Source of the DNA: Thermoplasmatales archaeon
GTDB lineage: Archaea > Thermoplasmatota > E2 > DHVEG-1
Length of the DNA stretch: 55,601 nt
Direction of reading: 5' to 3'
Assembly: GCA_020343515.1 (NCBI GenBank)
Contig: CP070798.1
Location: 83,488-139,088 of the forward strand
Shown in pieces: positions 51,383 to 55,601 of the stretch. Position 1 is the stretch's first letter. The number at the start of each line of letters is the position of its first letter. Under the pieces are notes generated by a model. It was not told where the DNA came from and made no database searches. It worked only from the letters and a program-made list of their open reading frames with translations. Position numbers and translations under genes: made by a program.

Positions 51383-51985
51383 ATGATTACTATGAGAAAA
51401 CCTGCTGTTTTTGGATTCTACGGAAAATCAGATACAGGAAAAACAACGCTCATTGAAAAAATAATTAAAAAACTCACCCAAGATGGATACAAAATTGCAA
51501 CTATCAAAAAAACTGACAAGAAAATAGGCGTTGATGAAAAGGGTAAAGATACTTGGAAGCATAGTTCAGCTGGTGCTCAACTTGTTGTTTTATCTTCACC
51601 CTGTGAAACTGATTTTATTGTCAAAGAAAAGATGCAAACTAAGGATATTATTCAAAACATTTCAGAAATCGGATGTTATGATATCGTCTTTATTGAAGGT
51701 GCCAGAGATCCTAGCATTCCCAAAATTAGATTAGGAGATATAGAAGAAAGAGACAATACAATTGGTTGCTATAAGGATAATTTCGAAGATATTTTTACGC
51801 TAATAAAAAAGGAGATTGATAACTCAACAGTTTTTAACCAAAATATCTGCGTGACAGTAAATGAAAAAGCTGTGCCTCTTACAGAGTTTCCCGCAAAAAT
51901 TATTAAAAATGGTATTGTAGGTATGCTTAAATCGCTAAAAGGCGTAGGTAAAATTGACGAGGTAAAAATCCGTTTTAAAAACTGA
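51383..51985 (+). CDS. mobB: Molybdopterin-guanine dinucleotide biosynthesis adaptor MobB, with a C-terminal extension of about 50 aa
   Basis: P-loop FGFYGKSDTGKTTLIEKII, then KHSSAGA and FIEG. Confidence 0.75.
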   Translation: MITMRKPAVFGFYGKSDTGKTTLIEKIIKKLTQDGYKIATIKKTDKKIGVDEKGKDTWKHSSAGAQLVVLSSPCETDFIVKEKMQTKDIIQNISEIGCYDIVFIEGARDPSIPKIRLGDIEERDNTIGCYKDNFEDIFTLIKKEIDNSTVFNQNICVTVNEKAVPLTEFPAKIIKNGIVGMLKSLKGVGKIDEVKIRFKN

Positions 51986-52191
51986 TGCTTATGGAACAAC
52001 TACAAGGCACCTGTTACATTTATGAGTAACAAAAGTATGACAATTAACGATAGTATGCATATACTGAGTATGTCATCTACTAGCTCTTTTCCTATTCCGC
52101 AATTTGCATCCCGTCCCGACGTTGTTATAAAATTATGTCATTTAAACCTTTACAAATTTTCAAGATTTGATAAATCTGATTTTTTAAGAAA

Positions 52192-52281
52192 GGGTCTGAC
52201 TAATTAGTCAAGAGCTAATTGGTCAAATATATAAAGTTAACGAATTTTGAGATTTATGGGGTGTTTTTAACCTTCAGAATC
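52192..52281 (+). repeat. Copy A of a 90-nt repeated promoter-like module (palindrome + TATA box + conserved downstream block)
   Basis: 83% identical, ungapped, to 54553-54642. Contains the perfect palindrome GACTAATTAGTC (52198-52209) and ATATATAAA (52227-52235). It lies about 70 nt upstream of the family B gene at 52351. Confidence 0.7.
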
Positions 52282-52350
52282 CATGCCAGAGGAATATATT
52301 TATATACCACAGCATGGATAGATATATGTATTTCAGGGAGGTAAAAAAAT

Positions 52351-53166
52351 ATGAAAAAAAATCCTGTTTTGTTAAATAAAACGCTAGTGATTGGAGTATT
52401 GGTATTGTTTACTAGTGTAGCACTTATTCCACCTATTAATGCCAATATCAGTAAGGAATATGTTGATTTAACTACAGAGTTCTATGGACTGGGTAGAAAG
52501 CATAATATTCAGCTAACACCTGATGAAGCAGAAGAATTAGATGTCTTCTTTGATACTATACGTGTGAGATTGGATAATGCCGAATCAGAGGATGAAACAA
52601 TACAAATTTTTAATGAAGGAATCAAAAAGCTTGAAAGATATGGTCTTCTTGTTGATATGAGCGTTAAACAGGTTCAAAGGTTGATAATTGGAAGATACCA
52701 GAAATCAAGGTTGAATCCTATATCTTTGGATGAGAATGAAAACAGAAATTGTTTAATTATGGGAAAAACGACACATTTATGGGTTCAGGCTCTCCCTTTA
52801 AGAACTTTGATAACACTCTTAAGATTACTTGGACCAATCATAAATAAAAATTTTCTTCCGTTTTTAACTGTATTCCTATTATTTTCAGTTTTAATAACAG
52901 ATATCGTTGACGAAATTCGACCCTTGTTTCTCGATGCTCATATTGGCTGGTACACGAATGGTGGTGAAGGTTGGGTTTGGACGAAAGGTGTTAATGATAT
53001 AGTATCATGGAATGGAACTCTTTTAGGACAAATTGAAACAGAAATGTGGAATCTTACAGGTATAGTTGGTTTCATGGGTATAAAGATTAGGATTAGAACT
53101 ACGCCTTCTCAAGAATTCTTCCTTGGTTATGCTCGGCATGTAAAAATAGATTATAAAGAGGAATAA
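52351..53166 (+). CDS. Signal-peptide hypothetical protein, family B paralog
   Basis: GGGAGG SD. Homologous end to end with 27364-28344. Confidence 0.65.
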   Translation: MKKNPVLLNKTLVIGVLVLFTSVALIPPINANISKEYVDLTTEFYGLGRKHNIQLTPDEAEELDVFFDTIRVRLDNAESEDETIQIFNEGIKKLERYGLLVDMSVKQVQRLIIGRYQKSRLNPISLDENENRNCLIMGKTTHLWVQALPLRTLITLLRLLGPIINKNFLPFLTVFLLFSVLITDIVDEIRPLFLDAHIGWYTNGGEGWVWTKGVNDIVSWNGTLLGQIETEMWNLTGIVGFMGIKIRIRTTPSQEFFLGYARHVKIDYKEE

Positions 53167-53173
53167 TATAGTT

Positions 53174-53366
53174 ATGAGATCCTCTTGTGTTAGAAATGCT
53201 CTGGCTGTAGGTATTATTCTCTTATTCATAGGCGTAGCCTTTGCACCGAGTATCAATGCCAACATAAGCAAAGAGATGGTCGAGTTCACCACAGAAGTAT
53301 GCGGGTTGAATGGTGGAAAAATTAGAAAAATTGAGTAATGATGAAGTAATGGTATGGATGATTTAA
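53174..53366 (+). pseudogene. Truncated, frameshifted remnant of a family B gene
   Basis: MRSSCVRNALAVGIILLFIGVAFAPSINANISKEMVEFTTEVCGLNGGK, then a stop at 53336-53338. The family sequence (EKLSNDEV) resumes in another frame to 53366. The remaining roughly 200 codons are absent. Confidence 0.6.
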
Positions 53367-53942
53367 ATGAAGATTAAATTTCTATTTATTATATTTCTCT
53401 TATTGGTAAGTGCAATATCCATCTCTGTACGTGGAGAATCTGACCTTCCAGACTTGACAATAGACTTTGAAGTCACTCAACATAACTTAACTCATTGGAG
53501 ATTTAATATAACCATATATAATGAGGGAACTACATCAATTCCAGCAAGAACTCCGATTGTATGGAAATTGGCATCTTTCAGAAGAGCATTCATCTGGGGC
53601 AAGATAATCACTATGTATCCATTCAAGCCGGGTGATAGTCTTAATGGAATTCCATTAGGTAAGATAATCACAAGACATAAATTATTATGCTTTGGACAGA
53701 GATTAACTGCCACTGTTGATCCAGTATATTCTGATGATTATCCTTGGAAAGAATTGAATCCAGACCCAGAGTATGGGATAATTGTTGAGTTAGATGAGAA
53801 TAACAACAAGGATTCACATTGGTTCCTATGGAGGCAGAATTATACCCATAAGTTAAAAACCAATTTTATTTTTTCTTCCAAAATTAATCTTAGGGATGCC
53901 TATAGAAAGATTTCCAACAATAGTGTTACATGTAAGCATTGA
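53367..53942 (+). CDS. Secreted hypothetical protein with a CARDB-like beta-sandwich signature
   Basis: Signal peptide. LPDLTIDFEV...FNITIYNEGTTSIP resembles the CARDB pattern. Confidence 0.5.
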   Translation: MKIKFLFIIFLLLVSAISISVRGESDLPDLTIDFEVTQHNLTHWRFNITIYNEGTTSIPARTPIVWKLASFRRAFIWGKIITMYPFKPGDSLNGIPLGKIITRHKLLCFGQRLTATVDPVYSDDYPWKELNPDPEYGIIVELDENNNKDSHWFLWRQNYTHKLKTNFIFSSKINLRDAYRKISNNSVTCKH

Positions 53943-54052
53943 TTTATGTCCAGCACTCATCCCATATGACATTTAGAGAATCAACACAGTATTTTATCTG
54001 AAAAAATCCGTTGAAATTAATTGCTCTGTACAGTGTTAATCTGTTACAAAGG

Positions 54053-54062
54053 TTTATATATA
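54053..54062 (+). promoter_or_regulatory. TATA box TTTATATATA, with a GGAGG SD at 54086-54090, serving the ATG at 54098
   Basis: TATA about 40 nt and SD 7 nt upstream of an ATG whose frame closes after 17 codons. Confidence 0.4.
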
Positions 54063-54097
54063 TCAGCGTTTATTAGAATATGAAAGGAGGCGTATTT

Positions 54098-54516
54098 ATG
54101 GAACATAAGTTAAAAGGAAAGGTTTGGCAGTTGGTGTTATCTGCCTGTTGATGCTGGTATCTTTTCCTATGGTGTCTGGTGAACGTATTCTCTATCCGAG
54201 AGAAGAGGGACCATATACTATTTATGTTGTTGGATTTAGCCGTGGATTTGGATTTAATGGGCAAGTAGATTTCTATTCATACAAGTGGCCGTTTTGGTGT
54301 TTAAACTATTCTCAAAAAATTGATTATGATTTTGAAATATTTTCTATGTTACTAGTTAATGGGTCATTACAGAAAATCAAATATCCAGCGAATATTAGAC
54401 TTCATGGTTTTAAGGGATTTGCTCCTACCTTTTGGATGTTAAATTTAAAGTTGTATATGGGAAGATGCAGAGTAATTGGTAAATGCGATGAATTACTGGT
54501 TTATGACGATTTATAA
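54098..54516 (+). pseudogene. Small secreted hypothetical protein gene with an apparent frameshift in its first codons
   Basis: ATG at 54098 (MEHKLKGKVWQLVLSAC, then stop). The long ORF runs in the adjacent frame from 54109 (VKRKGLAVGVICLLMLVSFPMVSG...). Joined, they give a textbook signal peptide. The only in-frame alternative start is a TTG at 54124, which leaves no charged N-region. Confidence 0.5.
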
Positions 54517-54552
54517 GCTTTTAAATAATTACAAACTATATTTCCGATAATA

Positions 54553-54642
54553 GGGTCTGACTCGTTAGTCAAGAGCTAATTAGACAAATATATAAAGATT
54601 GCAGATTTTGAGGTTTATGGGTTGTTTTTAGCCAGAAGAATC
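54553..54642 (+). repeat. Copy B of the 90-nt promoter-like module, with no downstream plus-strand gene
   Basis: See 52192-52281. The palindrome is degraded to GACTCGTTAGTC. ATATATAAA is at 54588-54596. Confidence 0.7.
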
Positions 54643-54918
54643 ATTGGCAATATGATAATACACTAACTTACCATTGACTCCCAAAAAGGTAACAGCTCTT
54701 TCTGCAATTCGAACATCCATAACTTAAATGTCTTATCATCAATATCTACTTCGTTTTGTATACTCCCAAGAAATTCTGTGTGTTTCTCCTTTTGCATCCA
54801 ATTATTTTCTTTCAATTATATGCCCTCCTACTGGTGAGAAAGAATGTTTAACAATCTTCCCTTTATCAATTTTTTTCGCAGGTGATAATGTAGTTAAATA
54901 ACTAGACTTCAAAAAGTC

Positions 54919-54937
54919 GTTTTTAGCCAGAAGAATC
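54919..54937 (+). repeat. 19-nt exact direct repeat of the tail of copy B (GTTTTTAGCCAGAAGAATC)
   Basis: Identical to 54624-54642. The two copies bracket 276 bp of non-coding or debris sequence. Confidence 0.65.
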
Positions 54938-54994
54938 TGTGATTGATTTTGATGATGTCAGTAATTCCAATCGCTCATCAATCAGATAAAAGAA

Positions 54995-55601
54995 TCAAAT
55001 TAGGTGACTGCATTCGGGCAATATTGTAGGCCGAGAGATGCAGGCTGGTAATATTGTAAGACCATACCGAGGCCAGGTTATAAAAGCCATTAAACCCATA
55101 AATAAAAATACGACAAAAAGAAAGAGTTGAAACATAGCACATTTAAAGTTTGATTCACATGTCGCCTCTGGATACACCTTCGTAAAACAATCTATCGTAT
55201 GGGAGTCTTTTATTTCTTCGACAAAATTATAATCTATCGTATTGTCTCTTAATTGCCTAAGTATAATGGAGAATTCATCAACATCTTTGCATTTAATTTT
55301 GTTTTCCTGTAATGAATTATGAATGACTACGTTTTTGAATAAATTAAATTCCCTGTCATTCAACTTACTGATTCTATTAATAACTTTTTGAATTAGCATT
55401 GTTCTATCATCCCGTGTAGGAAACGGCAAAATATTACCCTTTCCAACATAATCACAAGTCAAACCTTCGGTTTCTTCATCTATCGCCCTTTTGGTTCTAA
55501 CAGTAAACAACGGTGATGCCTTCACATTAGACTTAACACCGCTATATCCAACTACAGAAGTAAACGATACGCCAATAAGGATGGCAACTGCTATTATACT
55601 A
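54995..55601 (-). CDS. Signal-peptide hypothetical protein, family A paralog (5' end runs off the window)
   Basis: The frame is open upstream of the track's GTG and encodes ...SIIAVAILIGVSFTSVVGYSGVKSNVKASPLFTVRTKRAIDEETEGLTCDYVGK. It is paralogous to 1-460. A C-terminal TM segment and a Cys-rich tail follow. Confidence 0.65.
   Translation of the reverse strand, partial: SIIAVAILIGVSFTSVVGYSGVKSNVKASPLFTVRTKRAIDEETEGLTCDYVGKGNILPFPTRDDRTMLIQKVINRISKLNDREFNLFKNVVIHNSLQENKIKCKDVDEFSIILRQLRDNTIDYNFVEEIKDSHTIDCFTKVYPEATCESNFKCAMFQLFLFVVFLFMGLMAFITWPRYGLTILPACISRPTILPECSHLI

Noticed and set aside
54958-54985. C/D-box sRNA-like string on the minus strand: CTGA-T-TGATGA-13 nt-CTGA
   Set aside because: Only a D'/C'/guide/D half is present. 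There is no upstream C box at the correct spacing; the sequence there is the 3' end of the family A gene. That is not enough to call an sRNA.
55439-55601. Window ends overlapping as evidence of a circular molecule or a duplicated assembly end
   Set aside because: The two ends are only about 88% identical over 163 nt and diverge beyond that. They are paralogs, not the same sequence.
1-55601. CRISPR arrays, tRNA/rRNA genes, prophage or defence-system genes
   Set aside because: I looked for regularly spaced direct repeats, G+C-rich structured segments in the intergenic regions, and hallmark proteins (Cas proteins, integrases, reverse transcriptases, restriction or toxin modules). I found none that I could support.

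Overview
AT-rich archaeal chromosomal segment. The archaeal assignment rests on topoisomerase VI A/B, split Kae1/Bud32, ribosomal protein L10e, exosome Csl4, RNA polymerase subunit L and an archaeal-type PheRS beta chain. I support about 50 protein-coding genes. By eye I found no rRNA, tRNA or CRISPR array. All product calls come from motifs I recognise in the translations; no database search was run. The window has three kinds of content. (1) Housekeeping genes: ileS, valS, pheT, truD, kae1-bud32-HAM1, top6AB, rpl10e, csl4, rpoL, a tRNA thiolation ATPase and an S2P protease. (2) Peptide and amino-acid catabolism: secreted C25 gingipain-like, C11 clostripain-like and M28+PKD peptidases, a transglutaminase-like protein, a class I/II aminotransferase, an ornithine carbamoyltransferase-like enzyme, and a tightly coupled four-gene operon around an oversized AOR-family enzyme. 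(3) Poorly conserved signal-peptide proteins in two paralogous families. Family A sits at both window edges. Family B is at 27.4 kb and 52.4 kb, with a decayed copy at 53.2 kb. Most accessory signal is in the last ~3.5 kb: a repeated ~90-nt promoter-like module, gene debris and frameshifted genes. Other points worth a second look: a ValRS without the KMSKS lysines, a HAM1/RdgB gene with no canonical start codon, a frameshifted SatP-type acetate channel gene, an OTC with its ornithine-binding Asp replaced, and an exported tandem nitroreductase. The gene content fits a sediment-type, protein-degrading archaeon of the Thermoplasmata / Marine Benthic Group D kind; this is inference only. I found no recognisable defence system, prophage or intact mobile element.
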